Shown here: positions 1 to 16,520 of the stretch, one piece after another
Layout: every line of letters begins with the position of its first letter
Numbering within the stretch: the stretch's first letter is position 1
NCBI GenBank assembly: GCA_009602725.1
Contig: WELB01000022.1
Coordinates: 836,589-900,588 of the forward strand
From: Spirogloea muscicola
Lineage: Eukaryota
Length of the DNA: 64,000 nt
Reading direction: 5' to 3'
Position numbers and translations under genes: made by a program
The notes under the pieces: generated by a model
Told to the model about the DNA's origin: nothing
Databases searched by the model: none
The model's input: only the letters and a program-made list of their open reading frames with translations

Positions 1-2220
<2,220 letters not shown>

Positions 2221-2822
2221 CAGTTGCATATCTGCTGCTGCTGGGCTCATGTATCATCGATTTTGCTGCTGTACATATTGCATTGTCTGCCCCTTGCTCA
2301 AGAATGTGGGAGCAAGGGTAATTGCTGCTCTTGCAGCCTGTTAGCGAACTTTTGAGAGCGGCTACATTGTATGTTTGCTCATCGGGCAATCATTTTATTG
2401 CAGCTTCAGCATCCTCTCGTTGCACCAGCCTTGCATCTTCTGTACTGTGTGGGTATGCATGCATAAATTTGGCCTCTTAAGAAAGTCTGTTCTGTTCATT
2501 ATGTTGTTGCCTCAACAAGTACTACCCTTATGGTGAATACCTCGAATCGTAATATTTGTGCGGAGCTTGTGTTAATGAAGGTATGGAGGGGTGTACTTGT
2601 AGCTGCAATGTCCATGATTTTCAAATTAAGAGCAACTCTAAGCCTTTGACCTGTTTGCCGCAAAATTAGGAAACCCGTCTGGCTATCTAGATCCAGCTCA
2701 GGCACCACCTTGCAGTGGATGCGCTTGACTAACAGCACATCACACATGGGGCACCTAGCGCCTCACGACTTGGGTGTGATCCCGCAGCATTGAGGCTCAA
2801 GCAGGGACAGTGGCAGCTCCGA

Positions 2823-5800
2823 CTATGAGGCTCTCTTTCGCCTGAGAGGCGCTGCTCGCAGCCTGCTTTGGGGCTGTGCCAGAGGGTCCAAGCTTGTACT
2901 CTGGGCAAGCTCGCTTGTTGTAGGGGCTTTATCTCCTGTGGCTGAAGCTGGCAGGCTGCTCCCAATAGGGCCCTTCTCTGAGGTGGGCGACGACACTTGC
3001 AAGTGCACATTTGCCTTGCTCGTACTTGCGAGTTCTGTGGTCGCCATCGAATCATTGGTCGCACTAGCGCACTGGGCTTCCACGGCGCGGCCAGCAGATG
3101 GTGTCGTCTCCAGCAACTCGCGGCTCGGCTGAGCATCATCGTGCTCCTCCTGCTCTTCGTCTGCACAGAAGCCTCCGCCTGTCGCATACGCTGCAGGGAG
3201 ACCCGGCGAGTCCTCTGCAGCCTTGGAGCCTGCGGCTTCCAGCTCTGGCCAAGGAGCGCCGTCCACACCACCCACAACATGCACGCTGCTCTCTTCCAAC
3301 TCGCTGCGGCCATCTGCGACTTGGAGCCTCGCCTTCGGCCTGGACCGTAACGACTGCCACAGCAGCACGCCCTTAAGCAAGCTCAGCTTCATAGCAGAGC
3401 CAAGAAAATCCATCAGACACGGTTGTGGACAAACTGAATCTCGCAAATAACAGCAGTGGTTCACCTCACTTGAGCATGCTCTTTCTGCTGTTGCAAATAC
3501 TTAATGACTGCCGCACTACTGGCTAATACTTGTGCTGACTGAGTGTATGAGCCAACAACAGCGGGATGCAACTCACTCTTCCACGCTCCTCAGTGCCAGC
3601 GTCGCTCCTTGAGGCTGCTCTGTGCACATCGCTCTCAGAGCCGCTGCTGCTCTCATCTCCACCTTCAAACTCCATGCCCCCGCCAAACTCCTCCTCCGAG
3701 CTGCTCGCTTGCTTCCTCGCACTTTTCCCGCCTCTTGGTCGCCTGCTCGCCTTCTTCTTGCCGGTACCTGCAACTTTGGCCACTGCCGGCTTTGGTGGAG
3801 GTGCTGGCTTCTTGCCTCGCCCTCGACTTTGGCGCTGCCTCTGCCTATCCTCAACTACATTTTCAGATGTGGCCAATGCCAGTTGCTCCTCATCCTGCTG
3901 TTCAATGTCAATTAGATGAGTAGCTGCTGCAGTCACTTTCTTGGCCTTCTTTTGAGGTGGATCTGCGATGAGATGGGGTGGAAGGTCCATCAGCTCCTCG
4001 CTGCGCTTCCCTGCAATCCTTGTCACAGCCTTCTGGATGCGCTTGCTCCGGATCTTTGCAAACCTCTGGTTGAACGTGTAGAATGCTTCAAGCCTCATCT
4101 GGGTCTGCACACAGCAATAATCAAAGTACCAATGAACAGCCGGCACTGTCTTTGTTACTGCACGGTCTCTGTTATACTGCACGATAACCGTAGCTTACAT
4201 GACTAGCAAAGAGTGACAGATTCAGACTCTGGCAAGTTGGCAAACTACCAAAGAAGCGGAGAGCTGAAGAAGCAGTGGAACAGGTATCTAGCAGCTTGCA
4301 CCTTCAACTTCACACAGACTCATGACTAAGTGCGACTCGTCACAGGCTTTGTCAAGACAGTGCTAAGAGCCATGAAGGCTGGTCCTCAAAGTTCAGCCAT
4401 AATTCTAATCTTGCCTCTTGGTTCTCATATGCTTTCAGGGCCGGCATCACAGCGTCGTCGGTCTTCTCCCTGGACCAACCCAGGCGATCGTGGCAGAACT
4501 TGCGGAGTGCGTCGAGGTCGGGACGCCCCCAGGTGCACCGCTCGGTTGACCGGTCCACCTGAGGCCTCTTGTAGGCCGCCATGACGGCAGCGCTCGGGAA
4601 CGACTCGGGCACGTTCCAGTTGCGGCTCATGTTGCGATGCTTTGCCTCGAACGTCCGCCGGATGGCCATCAGCTCCGGCTCCTCGAGGGGCTCGCCTCCT
4701 AGCCCCTCTTCTGCCTTGCTCGACAAGCCCTTCCCGTATCCACCGCCAACGTGGTCGAAGATCCTCTCGTCTGGCCCATCCAGCCAGTCCTTGAACTTCT
4801 CCAGGCCACCATCCCCCGGGTAAGCGTTCACGACCTCAATGGCATTGACAATGCCAATGCCACTGCGCCCAATGGACAGTCTCATGAGTCCTTATATTTT
4901 TCATGGAATAAAGTGGAACACCTGTTTACAATGGCCGGTGCTCAAAGTTGCGGGATAGTCAAGCAGCCATATTGAATCTTTGTGGAGCACTGAACATACC
5001 CAATGGAGTCTCGGGGACATTACGATACACTGAAATTAATACCCAGCGAGGATAATTTTCAAATTCCAAGTGGGCTGAACTTAGAGGCGATAGCAGACAC
5101 TAACTCAAGAAGAAGTATAGGAGAAATATAGCCTCTTCACCTGATTCCGGGCGTGTAGTCGCTGCCCAGCAGCATGGCCATGCGTATAAGCTTGTCCCTT
5201 GACAGGCCAAGCTCGCCTTCTATATCCTTCATGTAGTACGTCTCCACGTACTTCCGTTCGTCAAAGAGGTTTCTGTACACGCTCCTCCCTCCAAAAAGGA
5301 AGGCGTCGCAGTCATCAGTAACAATGCCATCCACAAAGTCCACCTCGTCCATGAATGCGCACTGGGCCTCGGCCTCCATTGGCGCAATGATGTATGGCAA
5401 GCCAAAAATTTGAAGAAGCTCCTGAACGAAGTCAAGGAAAATGCAAAGCTCGATAACGTTAAGTGTGATCAAAATGGTGAACACTTCAATCAGATATTAG
5501 TAAGCAAGCAGGCAGTGTGTCCAAGACAATATAGGATGGACGACGCAGAGATCAAAGACAACTTTGCTTTTGCTCTTCACCTGGCACTCTTGGAACATAT
5601 CAGAGCTGACGTTCTCAGCATCGCGTTCATTCCTTTTCTGCAGGTTGCGGAGTAGCTTCTCCTCCTTCCGTAATGCCATGAACTCCTCGTCCCTCAGGTC
5701 TTGCGATTCCTCGTCCAAGGCAGTGTTGGCCTGTCAAACGTGCAAGACAAAGCTGGGTCTAGCCTGACCAACAAATCTGATGACTAAACAGGACTGCAAT

Positions 5801-8800
5801 AACAGGTGTATGTGCTGAAGAGAAGCATGTGTACCTGCAATTCAGCCTGCAGCTCGTCTTTAAGGGCAGCAGCTTCCTCAGCGAGCCGTAACTTCTCCTC
5901 CTCCACCTGCATCTCCCTCCGCAACAGCTCCTCTCGATCCAGCTCTGACAGGCCTACAGCAGCAGCCGCCTCATCTGCTGCCTGTGCGTACCCTGCGCTT
6001 GTATCTAGCTCCAAGGCCTGAGCTTCTTGCTGAAGACCACCCACCTCGTGCTCCAAGTCAGCTGTCTGCTCAAGTCCTGCCTCAGCATCCCCTGGCGTTG
6101 GCTGATGTGCAGCCGCCATGCCGTCTTCCTGTGATGCAGAGAGGCTGACTTGGGGATGGTGCTCAATGACCTGGACTGGGGCCTCAGTGTGCACTACTTC
6201 AGCCACCAGTGGCTTCTCTGGCTCTGACATTGGAGGCTCTTTTGATGGGCCCTCCCCCGCCCTCTCCTCCACAATGGCCTTTCCTTTCCGCCTCCTATCC
6301 TCCTCCTCCAAGCTTTGGCCTTCCCCGTTGCTCACTCTGAGCTCAAACTCCTCCATCTGAAGATCAGCAGCACAACTTGTTGCCTTGTCTCTGCTGCTCA
6401 TGGAGGACTCCTCGAGCGCGTTCCTCGTCCTATCGTGGTCATGTGGGCTCACGCCAATCCTTATGCCCGCGAGATGCCTCGGCTGAACGTCGCTGGCCCT
6501 TCCGCCAAAGTCCTCAAGACTGCGCCGCAGAGCTTCCTCCAGCTCGTCCCCCTCCGGTCCTTCCCGTGGCGCTGCCGCCGCGCACTCCTGCAGGCTGGAC
6601 TGGATCGCGCGCTGCAGATGCAAGTCTTCAGGCGCAGCGGCAGCTGCAACATGCACCTGTCCGAGGTCCTGCACCTCGCCGCTGCCATCCTCCCAGTCCA
6701 CGTCACTCTCGTCGCTGCCCTTGCCCTCCTCAATGGCGTTCCTGCAGCTGAGCGGCGGCTCTTGTGTCGCCTCTGGACCAGCTTCGCCCTCGGCAGCATC
6801 CACGCCTAAGTTGTTCTCATTGCCGCAATCGACCACACCGGTCGAGGACGGCCCCTCCTCCCAGCTGAAGTCACCCTCGGCAGCTTCAATCTCTGGACTA
6901 CGAGCGCCGCCCCTGCTCGCTTCGGGGGACTCATGGGCAACGTGAGCGTCGCCACTCTCACCGGACTCCCGTACGAGATTCGCGAAGAGGGTGCTGTCCT
7001 CGTCACTGTGATCACATGAGCCGGCCTCGATCGCAATCGACAGGTCATTGCTGGTGTGTTCCGTGCCTCTTCCTTTGCTGTCGTCGCAGACATCCGCCAC
7101 CTTTGTGTCGCCCGCTGCCTGCTGCTGCTGCTGCTCCTGCTCCTTCTCTCTCATCAGGTTAAGGTTGTGCTGCAGGTCGCGCGACATCCGCAGGCCCATA
7201 CCGCGGCGCCGGCTCACTCTCACGATGCCGTTCGAGTCCCGGTAGAGCGGAACAGACGAGCGCCCCACTTTGTCACTGTCGCTCTGATCCGTCAGCGCCA
7301 CCATGGTGTTGGCCGCCGGTCCCTTTGGGTCCAATACCGCCAGCAGCTCCGAGGCGGTGGCCAGAGCCCCATCCGCTCTGAGTGACCGTGTCATCGATCG
7401 CATGTCAACTGTCTCCTCGGGCTTTGCGTATCCGGAGGAGGCCATTGGGCCGTCGAAAATGCTCAGCGACAGGTCTTGGTCTGGCTCCTCCTTGACCGCC
7501 ACACTGACAGTGCCTGCCCGCTCCCACGGCTTTCTTGCAAGCGATGCCAGCATAGAGGAAACGGTTGGCACGAGGCCCGGTGTGCAGTGCTTGTAATCTG
7601 GGGGCGGCTCGAGGAGCTTGCTCAGCGAGGTGGCTCTGGCCTGCGCCCGCTTTGCAGCCGCCGACATCGTAGTCAAAGGCCTGCACAAAGGGCACAGCAG
7701 CTGGCATTGAGCAGGCTTTTTGCAACAAAGGACTGCAATAAGGTGTAGGGCACTAAATCTAAACCCTGAACCCTACACCCTAAACCCTGCACCCTAGAAT
7801 CCAAGCCGCCTAATTCGTCAGGAAACAAGCCAAAATCATATACACTGAAGTTAGGTGGCCTGTCTCGTGGCCGATGGATGTCCTGACAGCCTCTTGATGT
7901 ATGGTCTCACAGAAAACCTTTTCACTGCAGAACGCCTCAGCCCGATTCAGATGTATGAGACCCATCCAGAGCCGTCACTTAGAAGATTAAGAAAGAGTGA
8001 AAAGGTCGAGCAGAGCTGCTCACGTTTTCTCTGGTGGTGTGTAAGATGATGAGAATATGAACTCCCGGCCAGTCTCGGAAGCAATGCGAGTGGCAGGCAT
8101 TCCGGCGATGCCGACGCCGGCTGCGGCCTTTTGCACTTTGTCAATGTCCCTCCTCATGGCCACCGTCTTGAGATACCCCTGAATCTGCATCTCCGAGAAG
8201 TTTGACGGCACCTGAGACACATGAAGCGCTGACCCTGCTTAATGCTTGTCCTTCAGATGACATCTGAATGCATTACAGCCATCATAATTGGCTCTGCGAT
8301 AACTTAGATAAGAATCTGCAACACTAGAGGTTGAACACTCTGCACTTGTCACAAGCCACACGAGTGCTCTGTAGCGCAGACTGACTATTCTCCAGCTTGT
8401 GTATGCAGCAATTGAAGGATTGTGGTGGCGGACTTTGGCAACTTGCCGGAATTTCTCTCGATTCTGTGCCACCAGCTGCTCCCTCATCTACGTATATCAT
8501 AAAGGTAGCGCCCCACGGCAGCCATGTCAGCAATTGCAAAGCGAGCCACTCTAAGCAAGATCCCTGACGATAAGCGCAACACAAAATCTGCTCGTCATCT
8601 AGTGATCATATAATCAGCTCATTCAGGATATTCTCCATGCACCTGGACCATGAGCTCCAGCTGCACAGATGCCGGCAGAGAAGCGAGCACCTTCGGATCC
8701 AGGGGGCCTTCATCTTCGGGCTGCCATACGCACCAGAGTGATCACGGACACACACTGGTTTCGGCACATGCTTCTTGCTTTTCTTCTTGCAGCTGTAACT

Positions 8801-9916
8801 TAGTAAGCTAAGCCGACATGTATTGCATCACATCTGCCATTCATGCAGGCCAGCAAGTCAATGCTTTCCAGCCCAGATCCGCCAGACCATCAGAATCATC
8901 TCATTGTCGGGGTCCGCGCCCCAGCTCTGGTCACTACTGGCATCGTCCTCCTCTGGCGCCGCAGGCTGTTGTGGCGGCGCTGCTTCTGGCCTGCATCTTG
9001 GCCACAAAGATAAAGTCGAGCACGCCCCTTGTCACTTGCGGCTGCTGCTATTATACAACTGCGGCAAAAGGGAACACCTGACAATAACACAAGCACACGT
9101 AAGAAGTAGAAAGCCCATCCTGCGCACCCTGGGAGCGCAAGGATCTGGCCGGCTTGGCCAGCAGGAGACGAGGGGATGCCGTTGTCGTGCGCAGTCAGCT
9201 CCTGGTTCTGCTGAGACCCTTTGGACCCTCTCGAGCGAGCGCCCTGCTTGGGCGGTGGTGAGCGCTCCTCCGAGGCCTCGCCTGGAGCTCCTGAGCCAGG
9301 CCTGCCACGCGCAGGCCCTCCGCCTGCGCCAGCTGCGGCCGGCGCCTGCCTGGTCGGCTGCTGCTGCCCCTTGAGGGCGTCAATCTCGCCGCCAACCTCG
9401 TCCAGCCTCCGAGTCCTGAGCTGGCAGCCCCAACAGGCCGCGTCCCACATCAGCGCCGGCCTCGGCGACAACGGCGCGACGAGGCAAAGGCTTCGCCGGC
9501 CACACTGGCGGCCACGCACAGCCGGCAACGGTGCCTCGGCGGCAGCCATGGAGGAAAAACGCGGCTGCTGCTTGACCGATTTCAGTATTAACAATAAACA
9601 TTTGTGCTGATGATCGATATAAGCTAAATCGATATTGATCGAGGAGCAGGGGCAGGGCCGCTCACGTGGTTGAGGAGGAGCTTCTCGGCGGTGCGGCGGA
9701 TCTGGTTGTGGGCGCGGTCGCGCATGCGGCGGCGCGCGAGCACGGTGCGGCGCTTGAGCGCGGGCGTGCCGCCGTCGAAGACGAACACGGGGCGGGCCTT
9801 GAGGAAGAGCAGCTTCACGATGCGGCGCAGGAAGCCGAGCAGGTGCGCGTTGCGGATCATCTCCCCGTGCCCGTCGCGCATCGCCTTCATGAACTGCACG
9901 ATCCAGATGCTCGCGT
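2823..9916 (-). CDS. UVH3: XPG/RAD2 nucleotide-excision-repair endonuclease (plant UVH3); about 11 visible exons, first exon in gap
   Basis: XPG-N motifs [15 protein letters not shown]...[36 protein letters not shown] (9666-9916); XPG-I motifs [22 protein letters not shown]...[12 protein letters not shown]...[21 protein letters not shown] (4415-5421); long acidic spacer exon 5836-7681. Confidence 0.95.
7753..7797 (+). repeat. Degenerate (AAACCCT)n tract, about 6 units, in UVH3 intron
   Basis: ctaaatctaaaccctgaaccctacaccctaaaccctgcacccta. Confidence 0.8.
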
Positions 9917-9953
9917 CTGCGGCCGCGGCGGCGGCGGCGACGGCGCGCAGTCA

Positions 9954-9993
<40 letters not shown>

Positions 9994-10279
9994 ACCACCT
10001 CGGAGTTCTCGACGACCTCGACCTCGGCGTCGGCCTCCGCCGCGGCCTCGGCCGCCGGCGGCTCCGCCANNNNNNNNNNNNNNNNNNNNNNNNNNNNNNN
10101 NNNNNNNNNNNNNNNNNNNNNNNNNNNNNNNNNNNNNNNNNNNNNNNNNNNNNNNNNNNNNNNNNNNNNNNNNNNNNNNNNNNNNNNNNNNNNNNNNNNN
10201 NNNNNNNNNNNNNNNNNNNNNNNNNNNNNNNNNNNNNNNNNNNNNNNNNNNNNNNNNNNNNNNNNNNNNNNNNNNNNNN

Positions 10280-11884
<1,605 letters not shown>

Positions 11885-12283
11885 GAGCTGCAGAGATGAG
11901 ACAGAGATGCAACTTTGTACAGGACTTTGGCGCAAGCCTCAGCAAACAGAAATGTTCACTGCCATGATGACGCTGGCATATTTGCAGCACACAACACAAA
12001 GGGCCTTCCTCATGAAGCATGCATAGGCTGCTCTCGACAGCAACAACGCGTCCGTTGGCACATCAGGCATGGGTCGTTCATGGTGGCAAGTGCATAGTGG
12101 CACTCACGCCCCCAAGAGAGTGAGGACAAGGCTGCCGCCTGCACTCTGCGAAGAAGGAGGTAATCCCCCAGGCACCCTGTGCCGCTTGCATGTCAGGAGC
12201 ATCCAGCGAGCATAAGCCGGCACACTTCACGACCTGCTGGAGGCTTTCCATAGCAGCCACGCATCTTGACAGCCCCAGCTTAG

Positions 12284-12908
12284 CTAGCTGTTGGGGGTCT
12301 TGATGTAGCCATTGGCGAAAGCGATGCCGAGAATCACAAACGGAGTGGAGAGTCCAAGGAGGGCAATGTATGGCAGCAGGGTCTGCATGGGCCCCTTGCC
12401 GGCTCTCTCGGCCGCCGTCTGCCAGTACCTGGAGACGCAACCAGCGCAAATGCTGGGGTATGAGTGGGCCCATGGATACCATGTGGGCATGGCGAGGAAC
12501 GAGCAGCATTACTGAGTCAGCACTGCATCCTGCAGCAGCAGCGCCATGAGAAAGCCAGCGATGCACAGCTCAGCAGCGCCGTCGCCTGCTCGCCACTCAG
12601 CGGGGCTTATTGCCACTGGGCGGTGGACAGCGGCAACGCGGGCCTGGCATGGCGTCGGGATGGGGCCTCTCACTCCTGCGGCTCGTCCTCCTTCTTGATG
12701 AACTTCTTCTTCTCCGCCGGCGACTTGCTGCCTGCGCGACGAGCATGCAGCGGCGGGCTGGCCTTGGTCAGGACAGCGCACGCCGCAGCTCGCTCTCCTG
12801 GCAGCGTTGAATCAAGGGCAATGCAGGCGCTGCCGAGACGACGCCGCGCAGCGAGGAGCGCCGCGCCCTCGCCGCCGGCCGAGCGGCCGGTGCCGCCACG
12901 GCGGTCAT
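12284..12908 (-). CDS. Small single-TM protein, probably plastid-targeted, uncharacterised plant family; 5' structure uncertain
   Basis: Exons ~12673-12731 and 12284-12429 join as KKKFIKKEDEPQE|YWQTAAERAGKGPMQTLLPYIALLGLSTPFVILGIAFANGYIKTPNS*; Ala/Arg/Ser-rich transit-peptide-like stretch from ATG 12908 whose splice junction I could not resolve. Confidence 0.65.
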
Positions 12909-13847
12909 TGGATCGGCAGCGCCGTGAGCTCCCTGCCCTTAAACCCTGAATCCTGCAGCCCGAGACGCACCTCCTCCTCCGAAGAGCGCCCGGGCGCCGC
13001 CGCCGGCGCCGCCGCGCCTCGGCGCCGCCGCCNNNNNNNNNNNNNNNNNNNNNNNNNNNNNNNNNNNNNNNNNNNNNNNNNNNNNNNNNNNNNNNNNNNN
13101 NNNNNNNNNNNNNNNNNNNNNNNNNNNNNNNNNNNNNNNNNNNNNNNNNNNNNNNNNNNNNNNNNNNNNNNNNNNNNNNNNNNNNNNNNNNNNNNNNNNN
13201 NNNNNNNNNNNNNNNNNNNNNNNNNNNNNNNNNNNNNNNNNNNNNNNNNNNNNNNNNNNNNNNNNNNNNNNNNNNNNNNNNNNNNNNNNNNNNNNNNNNN
13301 NNNNNNNNNNNNNNNNNNNNNNNNNNNNNNNNNNNNNNNNNNNNNNNNNNNNNNNNNNNNNNNNNNNNNNNNNNNNNNNNNNNNNNNNNNNNNNNNNNNN
13401 NNNNNNNNNNNNNNNNNNNNNNNNNNNNNNNNNNNNNNNNNNNNNNNNNNNNNNNNNNNNNNNNNNNNNNNNNNNNNNNNNNNNNNNNNNNNNNNNNNNN
13501 NNNNNNNNNNNNNNNNNNNNNNNNNNNNNNNNNNNNNNNNNNNNNNNNNNNNNNNNNNNNNNNNNNNNNNNNNNNNNNNNNNNNNNNNNNNNNNNNNNNN
13601 NNNNNNNNNNNNNNNNNNNNNNNNNNNNNNNNNNNNNNNNNNNNNNNNNNNNNNNNNNNNNNNNNNNNNNNNNNNNNNNNNNNNNNNNNNNNNNNNNNNN
13701 NNNNNNNNNNNNNNNNNNNNNNNNNNNNNNNNNNNNNNNNNNNNNNNNNNNNNNNNNNNNNNNNNNNNNNNNNNNNNNNNNNNNNNNNNNNNNNNNNNNN
13801 NNNNNNNNNNNNNNNNNNNNNNNNNNNNNNNNNNNNNNNNNNNNNNN

Positions 13848-15125
13848 GGCGTGTTTGGCCGCCTTGCTGCGAGCGGCCTTTGCCGCAGCGTGGCCAGCCC
13901 GCGAGGCAGAAAGCCCCGGGTTGGAGCGGTCGACCACATCAGTGGTGACCACATCGGCAATGATGCGCCCGCCACCGCCCGTCGTGGACGCCACCAGGTC
14001 GACGCGGCGCGTGTGGAGTCCGTCGGCCCTCTGGAGGATGGGCATGACAGAAGTATTCTCCATCGCAACTGTGTATCCGGCCTCCTGAAAGATGCCGAAC
14101 ATACCGTCGCGGAGGAGGTCGTGAGCGGCTGTGCGCTCGCCGCCAGTGGCGCAGCGAAGGATATGCGCCGCTAGCTCCGCCGGGTCCGTCGACCGCTCCC
14201 CACACTCACACTGCAGCACGCCAAGCAGACAGGGCGGGGGAAGACCCAACAGGCGATGGGTGGCCGTACGGAAGAGTTCGTCCGGCATCCTGAGGGCGTC
14301 GTACAGGGGGAGCGCGGACAGCCAGGCTGCCGCGCCAGGGGAGGCGGCCGACAGCAGCCGAGCATGGCCTCGCACGTCTGTGGGAGGGAGGAGCTGCAGC
14401 GTGGCCGTGAAGGACGCCTTGTCAACTGCCGCCATGTACCGCGCCTGCGCTTGCGAGTCGGGGGAGTGGGCAAGGTGGGCAAACGGGACCACGCTCTTGG
14501 CGAGGGCAGGGTGCTCCGCAAGTAGCTCGTCTTGAGCTGAGCGGAGCGCCACCTGAAAAGGCAGCAAGCCGGTCGCCAGCTCCACCACAGCCTGCTGCAG
14601 CATGGGCCGCCCATCATGGAGAAAGCGCTGTGCCACCGACGTGGCGACCTGAGCCCAACTGCCGAGGAACGCTGGCCTGCAGATGCGAGTGAGCGAGCGG
14701 CAGCCGAGGCCGCCATGGCCGGGGGGCAGTGTGGCCTGGTGCGCCGCAGCGGGCGAGTCGAGGAAGCCCGGGTGGCGGATGAGGGCCGCCACGCTCTCCA
14801 TGACGCCCGCGTCGAACTTGGTGTAGGCCTCCAGCACCTCGGGGCAGGGAGGGGTCGTCCGCGCCAGGTAGTGGGGACGCTGTACAATGCATCTGGTGAG
14901 CGCAAGCGCGGCCAGATTAACTGGTGGCTGGGAGAGGCCAGCCCAAAAGAATGGACAAGGTCTGAAGGAGTCGGAGTGAGCATAGCAAGCGCCAGCTGCA
15001 TATCCTGCAGCTCGGGGAGGCGGGTCACCGGCTGGAGGTGCTCCAGGAGACGGTCGCGCAGGTGCCCGTCGACGAAAGACGGCGTGCCGAATGGGACCCC
15101 AAGGATGGTGAGGCCGCCTGGGGGA
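13848..15125 (-). mobile_element. CRE-clade (RLE-type) non-LTR retrotransposon, 5'-truncated: RT C-terminus/thumb, Zn finger, restriction-like endonuclease; 3' end in gap
   Basis: GLTILGVPFG, QATLPPGHGGLG, RLLSAASPGAAAWLSALP, CECG...HILRC...RTAAHD (Zn finger), RRVDL...IIADVV...AARSKAAKH (PD-(D/E)xK-like RLE). Interrupted by an 80-nt insertion at 14896-14981. Confidence 0.88.
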
Positions 15126-15607
15126 AAGCCAGCCCAAAAAAGAATGGACAATGTCCAAAGCCAAAGAAAGAGGAGCCGGAGAAAGAGAAGAGCGCGCCCA
15201 TAGAAAAGAGGGGCTGGCAAAGCCAGCCCAAAAAAGAATGGACAATGTCCAAAGCAAGAGGAGCCGGAGAAAGGACTACACTACAAAACACTGCAGAACA
15301 CAGAAAACGATGCGGAGGAAAGCTCAGTACCCACGAGTGAGCAACATCAGGTCTGAGTAGCTCGCTGCAGGGAAAGAGGCACTCCGCCGAGACCCAGAGG
15401 CGGCGGCCATAGCACGGCCTGCGCGCGTATGGACGGCGTGGGCAACGGAGCGTTGAAGCGAGACGGCCAGGCGCATGCGGAAGACTTGTGCGAGCGAACC
15501 GGCGGCGTTGAAGCCGGGCATCGCCCCGGGCAGACCCGGCCGCCGGTCTATGGCCTGGCGGGCAAGCCGCTGAATGAGATCCAGCCAGCGGCTGCCGAAA
15601 GCCCCGT
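15126..15607 (-). mobile_element. Two nested 3' fragments of CRE subfamily A (ORF end ...SDLMLLTRGY* plus 3' UTR)
   Basis: ORF 15324-15607 near-identical to 55440-55724; 3' UTR with GGGCTGGC-TTT-GCCAGCCC hairpin and CTTCTCTTT end at 15182; second partial UTR at 15126-15181. Confidence 0.85.
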
Positions 15608-16520
15608 CTTGAAAGGGATCGTCGTGAGTCAAACATCAAATTGACGGTGCTTCCTGTGCTCACTGTGACTGTGTAAAAGTGGGACATGTAGACAGTTAGT
15701 GCTGGCAGAAGTGTCCAGCTAAGATGCCTGACGCCCTGAGGGCAAAGCTTGCATCCAAGAGGCTTCTGTATCACAGCAACAAGCCAAAAGGTTCACAAGT
15801 TGACAAGTCAGAGCAAATGCCTCTACAGATTGCTGACCTGATCGTCATACAATCAGCAATTGCTAGGGCGCAGGCATCTAAGCTAGAAAATTCTGCCAGC
15901 ATTGAATCCTGCATGTCCCACTTTTGCACGGTGAGCAGAAGTGGCACCGGTCGTTTGATGTTTGACTCACGACGATTCCTTTCAAGATGACCAACTCTTC
16001 CACACGCATGACACTTCAGAAGAACGCGGCTGCGAGATATCATGTCCTGCTCATTATAGGAAGTACTGGGCAAAGCAACATGAGCACTTCTGTACATCCA
16101 GCTGATTTGTCCTTGGTTGGCGGTCTTGAGCCCAAAGCTTTTAAACCTGCAAAACCTTTATCGACTGGAGTGTAATATTATCATCGTCTGTGTCCACCAA
16201 GACTTGATATACATCCGCTAGATCACACTCGTCTTTCTGTAGTTGTGAGCAGCGCACCATCCGTAAGTTTTGTATTGGTACGAAGGATTTGCCTGCAACT
16301 ACCCTCAGTAATTGGACGGCTAGTTCTCTCTTACTTATCATGGTCTGTGACCTCTCCATAAGCTTGCGGAGACAGTATAATAACAAGCAGTTATGGATTC
16401 ATCTGGGGTGTGGTTAAACCTCAGTAACTCCTCTTCTTACCTAGCTGTGTTGATGGGAAAACTGGCATGCAAGTCTTGAGAACATCTCCCCTACTGGATC
16501 CTCTGGTAACTGAGGACCTA
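15607..16520 (-). mobile_element. Decayed LTR-retrotransposon gag remnant, with an inverted piece at 15607-15760
   Basis: Minus-strand fragments EEELLRFNHTPDESITACY/YCLRKLM (gag-like) and KCHACGRVGHLERN (Zn knuckle); plus-strand CAHC..KVGHVDS*CWQKCP knuckle; multiple stops and frameshifts. Confidence 0.6.

Noticed and set aside
15182..15250. Hairpin plus T-tract as a bacterial Rho-independent terminator or HDV/hammerhead ribozyme
   Set aside because: It follows a eukaryotic retrotransposon stop codon; no hammerhead CUGANGA/GAAA core or HDV double pseudoknot could be fitted by eye.
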